Positions 18,349 to 30,410 of a DNA stretch of 64,000 nt are shown in pieces (the stretch's first letter is position 1; each line of letters opens with the position of its first letter). The stretch comes from Candidatus Daviesbacteria bacterium. Lineage in GTDB: Bacteria; Patescibacteriota; Microgenomatia; Daviesbacterales; UBA10151. Location of the stretch: the NCBI GenBank assembly GCA_016183305.1, contig JACPEW010000006.1:2317-66316 (forward strand), given 5' to 3'. The notes below the pieces were generated by a model. It made no database searches, was not told the DNA's origin, and saw only the letters and a program-made list of their open reading frames with translations. The position numbers and the translations under genes are program-made.

Positions 18349-19262
18349 ATCACCCTCAATCCTTCCATATAAATTTTTGCTCTTTTTGTCTTTCCCAAAA
18401 TAGAAAAAGCAATCACCCTTAAAATTAATCCTGCCACCAAAAATAGTTTAACAAACAGATAAAAATTATGGTAATGCTTTAACAAGTAATACTTAATTCC
18501 TTTTAGCTCATTTAAAAAACTTGAACTTAAATCAAAATTAGTAGAAGCTCCATGAAGATGTATTACAGAAACTTGTGGCACATACCAAATCTTAAAGTTT
18601 TTATCTTTAATCCTCTTACACCATTCAATCTCCTCCATATGCATAAAAAACTTCTCATCAAATCCAGTTGTTTTTTCCAAAACCTCTTTTTTCAGCATAA
18701 AAAAAGCACCCATAATCCAGCCGGCAGGATGAGCTTTAGAAAAATATTTTTTATCCTTGGGATGGAATGAGGGAACTAGCTTATTAATAACAGGTATTAA
18801 GCTCAAACCTAAAATCCAAAAAATTATATTTAAGGGGTTGGGTAAATTGCCGGCGCTTGGTTGTAAATTACCGGTAGCATAATTTAACCTGGCCCCCGAT
18901 ACATCACAGTTTAAATTAACCCTAAAATAAGCCAGGGCTTTATATAAACTTTCTTCTTCCAAATAAACATCAGAATTTAAAAGCAAAATAAAAGGATTTT
19001 TTGCCTGTTTTAAAGCTAAATTATTACCTTTAGAAAAGCCTAAATTTTCCTTGGAAACAATCAGTTTTACCCAGGGAAAATCAGCTTTAATCATCTGGGC
19101 TGAATTATCAGAAGACCCATTATCCAAAACAATTACCCCAACTTTATTCTTAAGTCTTGCTTCACAATATTCCTTTGTTAACTTAAGCTTGCTTAAACAT
19201 CTTGATGTCACATCCTTAGTATTAAAGCTTAAAATTATTACTGTTAAATCTAAATTACTCAT
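18345..19262 (-). CDS. GT2 glycosyltransferase
   Basis: VLDNGSSD, NLGFSKGNN, LLNSD, FMHMEE. Confidence 0.92.
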   Translation of the reverse strand: MSNLDLTVIILSFNTKDVTSRCLSKLKLTKEYCEARLKNKVGVIVLDNGSSDNSAQMIKADFPWVKLIVSKENLGFSKGNNLALKQAKNPFILLLNSDVYLEEESLYKALAYFRVNLNCDVSGARLNYATGNLQPSAGNLPNPLNIIFWILGLSLIPVINKLVPSFHPKDKKYFSKAHPAGWIMGAFFMLKKEVLEKTTGFDEKFFMHMEEIEWCKRIKDKNFKIWYVPQVSVIHLHGASTNFDLSSSFLNELKGIKYYLLKHYHNFYLFVKLFLVAGLILRVIAFSILGKTKRAKIYMEGLRVI

Positions 19263-19272
19263 AACTCTCCCT

Positions 19273-19407
19273 TGTCATTCTGGCGAGTCCCGGAGGGACG
19301 TGTCCGAGAATCCTCCTTTTGTCATCCTGGGCCCGCTTTGCGGGCTGCAGACTTGTCCAGGATCTTGATTCTGGAGTCGTCGCTAACCACCCCTCCCCAG
19401 AATGACA
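19273..19407. repeat. cluster of TGTCA-tagged palindromic repeats
   Basis: TGTCATTCTG..AGAATC, TGTCATCCTGG..CCAGGATCT, GATTCTGG..CCAGAATGACA. Confidence 0.75.
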
Positions 19408-19417
19408 GACATCAAAT

Positions 19418-20467
19418 TTAAGCCTTAGTTTTTATCCTAAGCTTCCTATAATTTTCTAATAATTTAATTCCTCCTAAGACAAAATCCCTAAACAGGGGAG
19501 GGTACTTTTTATAGTAGTGTTTCTTATAAAAAATCTTCATAGCAGTGACTCCATAAATTGCAGTTTCTAATTTAGTTTCTTTTGGAACAGTAGTTAATGC
19601 TGTAGTCCAAAGCCCGGAAGAAGAACCTTTGTAATGGATTATTTTTACCTCCGGGTAATAATAAATCTTCCAGCTTTTTTCTTTTAAAGAGTAACAAAAT
19701 TCTATATCCTCACCATTCCAAAAATAATCTGTATTCCACCATCTTATTTGTTCTCCAGCAATTTTCCTTACCATCAAAAAAGCCCCTGTTAAGGAGTCAA
19801 TCTCATGGGCTTTATTAATATCTAAGTAAGAAGCTGTATAGCCAGAAAAAAGAGAGGATTTAGGAAAGATTTTAGACAGCCCGCTAAAGTAAGCAAAAGA
19901 ATTCCAGGGAGTAGGGAAACCTCTATGACAGGAGTAATCTAATCTTCCATCAGGCAGCTCAACCCTGCAAGTTAAGGCTCCAATATCAGGATCTGACAGT
20001 AACTTTTCTAAGGATTTTTGAATAGCATGATCAACAATAATAGTATCTGGATTTAAAAACAAAACCACTGGAGCTTTAGCAAATTTTACCCCCACATTAT
20101 TCCCAGCAGAGAAACCTAAGTTCTCCTTGTTTTCAATAAGCTGTACCACCCTATCACTCTTAATTTCTTCTTTGTCATACTGAGCTCCATTTTTGTCATT
20201 CTGGTTTGTCCAAAATCTTCCCTTTCCCCTGTCATTCCCGCCCGCTCCGCGGAGCGGGCGAAGGCGGGAATCTATACCAATAACTCTATATTTTCCCTTC
20301 ACAGCTTCTACAGACCCGTCAGAGGAAGCATTATCCACCACAATTACCTGCCACCTGTCTAACTTATCCTTACTTTGAAAAATTGAGTCTAAACATTTAA
20401 GCAATAAATCCTTAACATTGTAGTTAAGGATAATAATAGAAAGCTCTGGAGTCTTTAAATTTGTCAT
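19418..20467 (-). CDS. GT2 glycosyltransferase (WbbL-like) with repeat-derived insertion
   Basis: VVDNASSDGS, NLGFSAGNN, FLNPD, GEDIE. Confidence 0.92.
   Translation of the reverse strand: MTNLKTPELSIIILNYNVKDLLLKCLDSIFQSKDKLDRWQVIVVDNASSDGSVEAVKGKYRVIGIDSRLRPLRGAGGNDRGKGRFWTNQNDKNGAQYDKEEIKSDRVVQLIENKENLGFSAGNNVGVKFAKAPVVLFLNPDTIIVDHAIQKSLEKLLSDPDIGALTCRVELPDGRLDYSCHRGFPTPWNSFAYFSGLSKIFPKSSLFSGYTASYLDINKAHEIDSLTGAFLMVRKIAGEQIRWWNTDYFWNGEDIEFCYSLKEKSWKIYYYPEVKIIHYKGSSSGLWTTALTTVPKETKLETAIYGVTAMKIFYKKHYYKKYPPLFRDFVLGGIKLLENYRKLRIKTKA
20173..20273. repeat. TGTCA repeats inserted in-frame in a GT2 gene
   Basis: Three TGTCAT units encoding DSRLRPLRGAGGNDRGKGRFWTNQNDKNGAQYD. Confidence 0.8.
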
Positions 20468-20498
20468 TTAGATAATTGTATAACAGATCTGCTTAACT

Positions 20499-20525
20499 TG
20501 TCATTCTGAGCGCAGCGAAGAATCT
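20499..20525. repeat. TGTCA repeat
   Basis: TGTCATTCTGAGCGCAGCGAAGAATCT. Confidence 0.8.
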
Positions 20526-20548
20526 CTGAACTTGTTTCAGATACAATC

Positions 20549-20959
20549 TTAACGGACTCGGTGCCGGCGTTTCACACGAAGTTGGGCCAATGATTTTTCC
20601 AAATTAGCTAGAGTTTCTGCATATTCCTCATCAGACAAAGTTTGCTCCAAAGCTTGCTCAGCTCTTTTTTTGGCTTCTTCCACAGCTCTTTCATCAATAT
20701 CACCAGCATAAGTTGCCAAATCAGTCATAACAGTTAAGTTATTATCAGCAACCTGTAAAAACCCATCCCCAGTTACTAAAGATTCCACCTTGCCATTTTT
20801 TTTAATTATTAACTCTCCTGGTTCAAGTTTAGCCATCAAATTAGCATGGTTAGGAAGTATCCCAATTTCTCCCTGTTTAGTAGAAGCATTAACCTGGGAA
20901 ACCTCCTCATCTATTAACAATTTTTCTGGAGTAACTATCTTTAAATGCAACTGAGCCAT
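20549..20959 (-). CDS. atpC: ATP synthase F1 epsilon
   Basis: LKIVTPE, GEIGILPNHA. Confidence 0.95.
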   Translation of the reverse strand: MAQLHLKIVTPEKLLIDEEVSQVNASTKQGEIGILPNHANLMAKLEPGELIIKKNGKVESLVTGDGFLQVADNNLTVMTDLATYAGDIDERAVEEAKKRAEQALEQTLSDEEYAETLANLEKSLAQLRVKRRHRVR

Positions 20960-20973
20960 AAGCCTATTATATC

Positions 20974-22452
20974 CTAAATATAGCCTGAATGGTCAACTAT
21001 TTTTAAAACTTCTCTGGCATCCTCATCAATTAATACTGGTACTGGAATAATTTTACCTGTTTCTATCATTTCCCCTAAACCCTTATCCTCAATAATATCC
21101 CTTAGTAACCCTGCATTGGAACCTATTATTCTTTGTAAAACCTGGTTATTATCTTTTAAATCCCTAATCCCAACAGAATTACAAACAAATAAAATATATG
21201 GTTCATTTTTACCACCATGCATAATAGAAAGCATAGTATTAATATTTTCTATAGCCTGCCTTGGATCAGCTGGAGTAGAGGCAAAAGCCTGATTCTCCGG
21301 ATCAAACTTACCAATAGTTGACCCTCTCATAGCCACAGCCATATAAGATTCCTCATGCTTAGAAAAAGGCCTTTCTTCAATTTTAGCTATGTTTAAACAA
21401 AAGCCTGTTAAATACTGCAGCGCAATATTCCTAATTAACACAAACTTTAAAGTCTTTTTCTGGTTAGCTGTTAAATCCTGATAAAACTCATTTAAATAAT
21501 TTTCTACTTCTGTTTGAAGCTCTGATGCTACTTTTTGGTCAAGTATTGCCTCAGTAACAGATAAGATATTTTGAGAAAAAACAGTTAAATATTTTAAGTC
21601 TGTAAATTTTTGCCTGAATGAACCTAAAACTATATTTTTCTTAACAAAATATTCATCCAGCTGATCTTTATATTTATTAGCTAGGGAAGTGGTAGATAAA
21701 ACTTTTTTTGATTCAAAATTCAAAATAATCCCAAAGCTGTCAGTATCATAAACTGCTGGAATAGCCACTATTTTTTGTGGTTCTAAACCCAGCTGCTCCC
21801 TAAACTCATTGTACATATTAGAGATTGCAGTAATAGTTTTTTCCTTAATAATCTTTAGATTATTTTCTTCCAAAGAGAGTTTGGGGTCCAAAAGCCCTGT
21901 TTTTTTCTTAGCTAACATTGCCCCGCAACCATGATGAGGATCAAATAAGCTGGTGTGGGCTAAAACTATTTCCAACAGATCATTACCTGTGGTAGAAGTC
22001 CTTCTTAAAGCCTCATTTAAATCTGAAGAATCAGGGATTAACTTACCGTCTGATTTTCTTTTGATAACAGAAATTTCTGCTGCTGGAATTTCAAAATGCC
22101 TGGCAAACCTGCCTCCTAAAAAAATAGTAGGGATTCTTCCATCAATACAAAAAACAAAACCTAAGGAAACTCCCTCAGATAACTGCCTTTTTCTTTTAAT
22201 AATTTTTCTATATCCGGGGGTAGATAAAATTTTGGCCACCTGATTATTCCGTTCAATAATATTCCAAATCCTTGCCCTGTCTTTAACAGAAACCTTATGG
22301 CCAGTATGGGCACTAAGATGATCTAAATATAGGTTCAATTGTTCTTCTAAATAAGTTTTTGAGGCAGATAAACTAATCTGTCCTCTGTTATATATCTTTT
22401 CAAAAATACTTTTAACTCTTGTTATATTCAGATGCGGTTGTGGTATTTGCAT
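20974..22452 (-). CDS. putative beta-class carbonic anhydrase (CsoSCA-like)
   Basis: CIDGR and HTSLFDPHHGCGA Zn-ligand motifs. Confidence 0.55.
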   Translation of the reverse strand: MQIPQPHLNITRVKSIFEKIYNRGQISLSASKTYLEEQLNLYLDHLSAHTGHKVSVKDRARIWNIIERNNQVAKILSTPGYRKIIKRKRQLSEGVSLGFVFCIDGRIPTIFLGGRFARHFEIPAAEISVIKRKSDGKLIPDSSDLNEALRRTSTTGNDLLEIVLAHTSLFDPHHGCGAMLAKKKTGLLDPKLSLEENNLKIIKEKTITAISNMYNEFREQLGLEPQKIVAIPAVYDTDSFGIILNFESKKVLSTTSLANKYKDQLDEYFVKKNIVLGSFRQKFTDLKYLTVFSQNILSVTEAILDQKVASELQTEVENYLNEFYQDLTANQKKTLKFVLIRNIALQYLTGFCLNIAKIEERPFSKHEESYMAVAMRGSTIGKFDPENQAFASTPADPRQAIENINTMLSIMHGGKNEPYILFVCNSVGIRDLKDNNQVLQRIIGSNAGLLRDIIEDKGLGEMIETGKIIPVPVLIDEDAREVLKIVDHSGYI

Positions 22453-22565
22453 ATTGTTTAATCCATCATTATACTCTCAAATTACCTGTTTGATAAGTAG
22501 TCTGAGATTAAAAGATCTACATAAGATATCTTGTTTTCCTAAAATCTTTAACATAATATATTGTT

Positions 22566-22937
22566 ATGGCTGACTCAGATTATGACAAAATTGCCAAACT
22601 CTTTAAAGACCGGGTAAGAGACCTCAAAGATGTTGTAGAACTTATTAAACATAAAGTTGATAACATTCAAGTATTTCAAGACGCATCTTCTGAAAACATC
22701 CATTTAATGAAAGAACAGCAATCTTTAATGAATGAAAAATTGGATAATCTAGAACAAAATGTTAAAAAAATCCAGGAAAATGTTGATGCAGCAAGAGGGG
22801 ATATTGAATCACTCCATATGGATGTAAAAGGTATTAGAGAAAAAGAGAGTTTATTTCACTCAAGGAACAAAAGAGAAATTGATGAAATTAAAACTCACCT
22901 AGACATCCCCTTAATACCTGATACCCCTCAAATTTAG
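22566..22937 (+). CDS. hypothetical coiled-coil protein
   Basis: 123-aa heptad-rich ORF. Confidence 0.65.
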   Translation: MADSDYDKIAKLFKDRVRDLKDVVELIKHKVDNIQVFQDASSENIHLMKEQQSLMNEKLDNLEQNVKKIQENVDAARGDIESLHMDVKGIREKESLFHSRNKREIDEIKTHLDIPLIPDTPQI

Positions 22938-23012
22938 CTTCTGTTTAGAGCTTTACATTTTTCTTAACTAATCCTTATTAAAAAAAGACTATTTAGAGTT
23001 ATCCTTAAATTT

Positions 23013-23405
23013 ATGGTTAAGAGAATTGAGAGTATCATCTTATTTTCTGAAGATGCTAAAAATTTAGCTGAGTTTTATAAAGATAAGGTGGGTTTGGAGA
23101 TGACTATGGAGGCAGAAATAGGGGAGAAAGGAGAGGGTTTATATGGTTTTGAGTTTGGAGAAGAAAAAACAGCCCTTTATATAATGAATCATTCTAAAGT
23201 TAAAGGCAAAAACTCCCAACCAGAAAGAATTATTTTTAATCTGGAGGTTGATGATATAGAGAAAGAAATTAAAAAATTAGATGAGGCAGGAGTTAGAAAG
23301 ATTGCTGATATTTATCATATGCAAGAATATGGCTTAATTGCTACTTTTGAAGATATTGATGGCAATTACTTCCAATTAGTCCAAATCAGACCCGGTGAAG
23401 CCTGA
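23013..23405 (+). CDS. VOC/glyoxalase family protein
   Basis: AEFYKDKVGL, FNLEVDDI, FEDIDGNYFQL. Confidence 0.9.
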   Translation: MVKRIESIILFSEDAKNLAEFYKDKVGLEMTMEAEIGEKGEGLYGFEFGEEKTALYIMNHSKVKGKNSQPERIIFNLEVDDIEKEIKKLDEAGVRKIADIYHMQEYGLIATFEDIDGNYFQLVQIRPGEA

Positions 23406-24782
<1,377 letters not shown>

Positions 24783-24786
24783 TTAT

Positions 24787-24856
24787 TGTCATTCTGAGCG
24801 ACTAGCGAATAATCTCTATATTAACCTTAAGATCCTTCACTGCGTTCAGGATGACA
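24787..24856. repeat. TGTCA repeat doublet
   Basis: TGTCATTCTGAGCGACTAGCGAATAATCT...AGATCCTTCACTGCGTTCAGGATGACA. Confidence 0.8.
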
Positions 24857-24860
24857 CTCA

Positions 24861-25787
24861 TTATGTCATCACAGCTGCTGCTGTTGCTATTTCTAAAATT
24901 TCTTTGGTAATACCAGCCTGTCTGGTCTGATTAAAAGTTAACTTCAAATCATCCAAAAGCTCTAAAGCATTATCTGTAGCATTTTGCATAGCTATCATTC
25001 TAGCAGATTGCTCAGAAGCTTTAGTCTCAAGCAAAGCTTGGTAAATTTTAGTTTCAATATGATGAAGTAAAATAAAATCCAATAAAACATCCGGGTCAGG
25101 TTCAAAAAGGAATTCTTTATTGTCATTCTGAGCGACTGGCTCGCTCCGCGGAGCGAGCGAAGAATCTTTAGACTTGTCCTTATAATCTTGAGATCCTTCA
25201 TCTCCCAGATTCCGGATAACAGACGCTAAATCTACAGGTAGAAGCTGGACTAATTTTGCTTGCTGCCTTAGGGTGGAAACAAATTCTGGATAAACAATTA
25301 ATACTTGTCCTACTTCACCAGCATTAAAAGCTTCTATCACTAATCTGGATAATTGTTTGGCCTGCCTGAAAGTAACTTTTTCAGGATTTTCAAAATCAGC
25401 TTTTAGATTTTTACTAGTCCTGGCCACATATGCCCTGCCTTTTTTACCCAGGGTGTAATAAACAGTATCTGCAGGCAAATTTGAAGAAAAAATTGTCCTG
25501 GTTAAATTAGTATTTAAAGCCCCAACCAAGCCTTTATCAGTTGAGAGTAAAATTACCCCGGAGGTTTTTATGCTTTTGGGAGATAATAAAAGATGAGACT
25601 GTATATTAATTCTAGGTAAAAGCCTTAATAAGGCTTGGCCTAAATTTTGGGTGTATGGCCTGCCGGAAAGAGCCTGGTTTTGTGCCCTTTTCATCTTAGT
25701 AGCAGCCACCATCTGCATAGCCTTAGTTATTTGGCTTGTATTCTTAATAGATTTTATTCTTCTTCTTAATTCTCTAGTACTAGCCAT
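24861..25787 (-). CDS. atpG: ATP synthase F1 gamma, with repeat-derived insertion
   Basis: ITKAMQMVAA, ASEQSARMIAM, RQAGITKEI. Confidence 0.97.
   Translation of the reverse strand: MASTRELRRRIKSIKNTSQITKAMQMVAATKMKRAQNQALSGRPYTQNLGQALLRLLPRINIQSHLLLSPKSIKTSGVILLSTDKGLVGALNTNLTRTIFSSNLPADTVYYTLGKKGRAYVARTSKNLKADFENPEKVTFRQAKQLSRLVIEAFNAGEVGQVLIVYPEFVSTLRQQAKLVQLLPVDLASVIRNLGDEGSQDYKDKSKDSSLAPRSEPVAQNDNKEFLFEPDPDVLLDFILLHHIETKIYQALLETKASEQSARMIAMQNATDNALELLDDLKLTFNQTRQAGITKEILEIATAAAVMT
25121..25200. repeat. TGTCA repeat in-frame in atpG
   Basis: TGTCATTCTGAGCGACTGGCTCGCTCCGCGGAGCGAGCGAAGAATCT, encodes DSSLAPRSEPVAQND. Confidence 0.85.
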
Positions 25788-25862
25788 ATTTTAATTAAGT
25801 TTTCCAAGAACCAAATTACAAGTATTCCAAACTTTGGTACTTGTTATTTGGATACTTGGTAC

Positions 25863-27265
25863 TTATTTTTTAGTTCCTTTCATAAATATCCCCGCAAATT
25901 CTTTAGTCACCTTTTCTAAATCTCCAATTTTCCCCTCATCTAAAACCTTTTTATCTGCCAGCTCTGCTAATAACTTCTTCTGTCTTAACTTAAGATGTGC
26001 CAAATATTTTTCCTCAAATTCTTTAATCCTGAAAACCTCTACCTCATCCATATACCCCTGAGTAACAGCCCACAACACCACTACCTGTTCCTCAACCGGA
26101 ACAGGGGAGTAGGGAGGCTGTTTTAATACTTCAGTAATTCTCCTGCCTCTTTCTATCTGCAGTTTTGTTTGAGGATCCAAGTCAGAAGCAAATTGGGCAA
26201 AAGCCTGTAACTCCCTAAATTGAGCAAGGTCTAATTTTAACCTACCAGCCACACTCTTCATTGCTTTAGTCTGGGCAGCCCCACCAACTCTTGAAACAGA
26301 AATTCCCACATTTAAAGCTGGTCTTACTCCTGCAAAAAACAAATCGGGTTCAAGGTAAATCTGCCCATCAGTGATGGATATAACATTAGTGGGGATATAG
26401 GCAGACATATCATTAGCCTGTGTTTCAATTACTGGCAAGGCAGTTAAAGACCCGCCGCCAAAATCTTTATTTAATCTTGCTGCCCGCTCCAAAAGTCTTG
26501 AATGTAAGTAAAACACATCTCCAGGGTAAGCCTCGCGCCCGGAAGGCCTTCTTAAAAGTAAAGACACCTGCCTGTAAGCCCAGGCATGTTTTGACAGATC
26601 ATCATAAATAATTAAGGCATCCTTACCCTGATCCATAAAAAACTCACCCATAGCACAACCAGCATAAGGGGCAAGGTATTGCATGGTAGCAGAATCAGAA
26701 GCAGAGGCAGAAACTACAATAGTATGTTTTAAGCTGCCAGTCTCTTCCAGTTTAGCCACAAGCTGGGCTACCTTGGAAGTTTTTTGGCCAATTGCTACAT
26801 AAATACAAATAACATCTTCTTGATTTATAATTGTATCTATAGCAATTGTTGTTTTCCCGGTGTTCCTATCCCCAATAATCAGTTCCCTTTGACCTCTGCC
26901 AATCGGAATTAAAGCATCAATTGCTTTTATCCCGGTCTGAAGCGGGGTAGTAACTGATTGCCTGGTAATAACTCCAGGGGCAATTTTTTCAACCGGATAA
27001 AGGGTTTTTGTTTTAATTGGGCCTTTGCCATCAATAGGAGAGCCTAAAGCATCAACCACCCTCCCAACCAAACCCTCACCAACTGGAACTTGCAGGATCC
27101 TTCCTGTAGTTTTGACTGTATCTCCCTCTTTTATTTTGGTAAAATCCCCAAAAATAACTGCTCCAACACTATATTCTTCCAGGTTTAAAGCCAAACCATA
27201 TACCCCTTTGCTTTAAGTTTTAAGCCTTTAATCTGGTTTTCAATCTTGTTTATTAAGTCACTCAT
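25863..27265 (-). CDS. atpA: ATP synthase F1 alpha; 5' region carries a frameshifting deletion as assembled
   Basis: [20 protein letters not shown]; the N-terminal [19 protein letters not shown] (ATG 27265) is out of frame with the rest. Confidence 0.93.
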
Positions 27266-27304
27266 AGCTATTTGACAAACTGAGTACAATTTCTTCGCTC
27301 AGTT

Positions 27305-27333
27305 TGTCACCCTGAGCGATTAGCGAAGGATCT
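27305..27333. repeat. TGTCA-type repeat
   Basis: TGTCACCCTGAGCGATTAGCGAAGGATCT. Confidence 0.75.
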
Positions 27334-27357
27334 ACTTCATGAGTCCGCTAAGCTCCT

Positions 27358-27753
27358 TTACCTTCCTATTGCCTCCTTTATTTGTTGTATTTTCCCAGCT
27401 ACTGATTCATCCCAGATCTCATCTCCAACCCTTAATTTAAACCCTCCTAAAATATCAGCATTTATATTAACTAAAACTTTGGTAATCTTAACTTTTTTTT
27501 CTACAATCCCTTTTACTTTTTTAATTTGGGATTGGGCCAAAGGCATTGTGGTCTCTATATATAAAGTATGCTCCCTTTCTTTTCTTTTTAAACTGCGTAA
27601 ATATTCTGATAAGGATATTATTGCTTCAGCCCTGGGTAAGGATTTCAAAGCTTTAATTGATCTAACAACCTGGCTCTCTGAAATCTTATTATCTTTGAAG
27701 CTTAAATCAACCAACCTGCTGACTGTTTTTTGTAATTGCTTTTTAATTTTCAT
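27358..27753 (-). CDS. atpH: ATP synthase delta (short form)
   Basis: DILGGFKLRVGDEIWDESV; operon position. Confidence 0.9.
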   Translation of the reverse strand: MKIKKQLQKTVSRLVDLSFKDNKISESQVVRSIKALKSLPRAEAIISLSEYLRSLKRKEREHTLYIETTMPLAQSQIKKVKGIVEKKVKITKVLVNINADILGGFKLRVGDEIWDESVAGKIQQIKEAIGR

Positions 27754-27780
27754 AATTTTAATACTTTAAAATTTCAAACT

Positions 27781-28275
27781 TTACTTATAATTATTAATAT
27801 TTTTTGCCAAAATTTCTTTCTTTTGGCTTTGTGTTAATACTTTACCAGTAATCCTCTCCAGCGCCAAAACTACAAAATCTGCCACGCTGTCTTTAATTTC
27901 TTGCTGAAGCTTAACTTTTTCAGCCTCATTTAGTTTTTTAGCATCTTCCGCAGCTCGAGTAACAATATCCTTATATTTTTTCTTTGCTTCCTCTATTATT
28001 TGCGCTGCAGAATCTCCTGCTTCCTTAATAATTTTTTCACCCTCTTTGGCTGACTTTAAGATTGCTTCCTGTTCGCGTTCGCCAGTCTCATTTAACCTTT
28101 TCTCAATCTCTTCAGCATTCTTTAAACTCTCTTCAATCTTGTTTTTTCTGGTTTCCAATACTCCTAGCAAAGGTTTATATAATAACTTCTTTAAAATAAA
28201 AAGAAGTATTAAAAAATTAACCACTTGCGCGGCCAAAAGTATTGGATCTATGCCGAACTGTTTTAAAATCTCCAT
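27781..28275 (-). CDS. atpF: ATP synthase Fo b
   Basis: QVVNFLILLFILKKLLYKP..RKNKI. Confidence 0.95.
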   Translation of the reverse strand: MEILKQFGIDPILLAAQVVNFLILLFILKKLLYKPLLGVLETRKNKIEESLKNAEEIEKRLNETGEREQEAILKSAKEGEKIIKEAGDSAAQIIEEAKKKYKDIVTRAAEDAKKLNEAEKVKLQQEIKDSVADFVVLALERITGKVLTQSQKKEILAKNINNYK

Positions 28276-28356
28276 AGAAAATTAGGGGTTAGTTTGTAGG
28301 TTTTAGGTTAAAGTTTTCTTATGATTATTACAACCTACCCACTACTCCCTATAACC

Positions 28357-28575
<219 letters not shown>

Positions 28576-29298
28576 TTAGTGTTCTGCTGCATGTTTTTCT
28601 GACAACAACACCATAAATACCAGTGTTAACATCATGAAAACAGCTGCCTGTACAAATCCTACAATAATCTCTAAGAAATAAAAAGGGAGTGGCACTATAA
28701 AGGCAAAAATCCTTGAGACAGTTGCCAGCACCACTTCTCCTGCAAATATATTACCAAAAAGTCTGAAAGATAGCGATACCACTTTTGTCACCTCACCAAC
28801 CAACTCCAATAAACCAACAAATAAAAATATTGGGTTTAAAGTAAACCATTTCTTTAAATAATCCACAATCCCTAAGTAATAAATAGCAAAGCCATGAGTT
28901 AAAACAGCAGAAGTTAAAGCCAATGCCAAAGTCATATTTAAATCAGAGTTCATTGAACGGAATAATGGTTCCTTATGATAGGTAATGGTGGCAAACCCAG
29001 GGAACAGGCCTAATAAGTTACTAAATAAAATATAAAGGAAAAAAGTCATTACAATAGGAAAAAATACCTTAGCTTTTTTGCTCCCTGCCAAATCCAAAAC
29101 CGTGGTATAGCCAAAATCTAAAATTAGCTCAAATAAATTCTGCAATCCAGAAGGCACTAACTTAGCTTTACGGCCAGCCAAAAAAGCAATAATGATCAGT
29201 ATCACCATCACTATCCAACTAACCAGCAGGGTATTGGTAATTGGCAAACTTTTAAAATAGCCCAAAACTTCGGGCTTTAAAACAATCGCTTCTTCCAT
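28576..29298 (-). CDS. atpB: ATP synthase Fo a
   Basis: SLSFRLFGNIFAGE, VQAAVF. Confidence 0.97.
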   Translation of the reverse strand: MEEAIVLKPEVLGYFKSLPITNTLLVSWIVMVILIIIAFLAGRKAKLVPSGLQNLFELILDFGYTTVLDLAGSKKAKVFFPIVMTFFLYILFSNLLGLFPGFATITYHKEPLFRSMNSDLNMTLALALTSAVLTHGFAIYYLGIVDYLKKWFTLNPIFLFVGLLELVGEVTKVVSLSFRLFGNIFAGEVVLATVSRIFAFIVPLPFYFLEIIVGFVQAAVFMMLTLVFMVLLSEKHAAEH

Positions 29299-29403
29299 GA
29301 TTATATTATCCTAGATTAAAGGGTTATTTTACAAGAAGCTTTTAAAATCCGCCGATAGCAGATTGACATCACCTGAACATAGGAAAAATAACTACCTTCC
29401 AAC

Positions 29404-29436
29404 ACTACCTTCCCACATCGGATGTGGGAAGGTAGT
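29404..29436. repeat. near-perfect palindromic REP abutting the transposase stop
   Basis: ACTACCTTCCCACATC-G-GATGTGGGAAGGTAGT; partial extra copy at 29390-29400. Confidence 0.9.
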
Positions 29437-30084
29437 TTAATCATCAGCGTCAATTAACAATTTAGAAAGAGCAGGGCTATCAACTTCAGTTTCCTCCACA
29501 AAAGACTGATAAGTTAAATTAGGGTTAGTTTTAGAAAAGTAAGAAGAGATAAGATTTGTATCACAAAATGGATGCGGTTCTCCTGATAAATAATAAGGAT
29601 ATGAGGAATATGGATAAAATCTATGTTCCCACATCGGAAGTGGGAAGCTGTTTCTATGGATATATTTTGATAAATGAAGTAAGTACTCATCTGTCTCAAT
29701 TAGCTTTGCCTTAAATCCACCCTGAAATAAAGAACCTACTCTCTTGTGTCTGGTATTGAAATACCGAGTGTAACTATCTGCCACTTTCCTTAAAAATTCT
29801 GATATACCTCCATCAGCCAATTGTTGAATTAGCAAATGAAAATGATTCGGCATTAAACAGTAACAATATATCCTCACCAGCTCTGTTTGATTATCTATCT
29901 TTTTAAGCTTTATCACACCTCTTCTGAAATCTGAAAGCTTCATTGGAACCGGAGATTTACGGTAATAGTCCAAAGTTTCTAAAAACCTTAGGTGGTCCCA
30001 TCTGTCCATAAAGGTCTTCCTTTTCTCAACACCGCGGTTATAAATATGGTAAAAGCTGCCACTAATAAATGGGGGATTAACCAC
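29437..30084 (-). mobile_element. REP-associated tyrosine transposase (RAYT, IS200-like Y1/HUH)
   Basis: YHIYNRG, YCLMPNHFHLL (HUH), GSLFQGGFK, KYIHRN; flanked by palindromic repeats; start may be GTG 30084 or 30114. Confidence 0.88.
29621..29650. repeat. REP inside the transposase gene
   Basis: TTCCCACATCGGAAGTGGGAA, encodes FPLPMWE. Confidence 0.85.
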
Positions 30085-30105
30085 GCTTCTATTGTCTAAT
30101 CCGTA

Positions 30106-30133
30106 TTCCCACACGTCAAGTGGGAAGGTAGTT
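30106..30133. repeat. REP upstream of the transposase
   Basis: TTCCCACACGTCAAGTGGGAAGGTAGTT. Confidence 0.85.
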
Positions 30134-30410
30134 GTATGAGGTCAGCCAGCAGATCATGTACACCTTTCATTTAGAATTAACGGCTTAGATTTATTTTTTT
30201 TTATTATTTATTACCTACTTTTTTGTTATAACTCAACTAAATGATAGAACAACTACTGCCCAAAAATATATTTTTCACCACTTAGACATAAAAATCAATA
30301 CCTTGTCCAATTTTTGTGACTGCTTATCCAGTATAATTAGGAATATGCACAAATTTAGAGAATTAGAAATAGTTATACTAACCCGTAATATTAAAAAATA
30401 GAGAATCTAC

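Noticed and set aside
19051..19368. ORF 19051-19368 and repeat-derived N-terminal extensions (e.g. tyrS from 31983)
   Set aside because: Open frames created by TGTCA repeats (CHSER/CHP-type translations); not independent genes.
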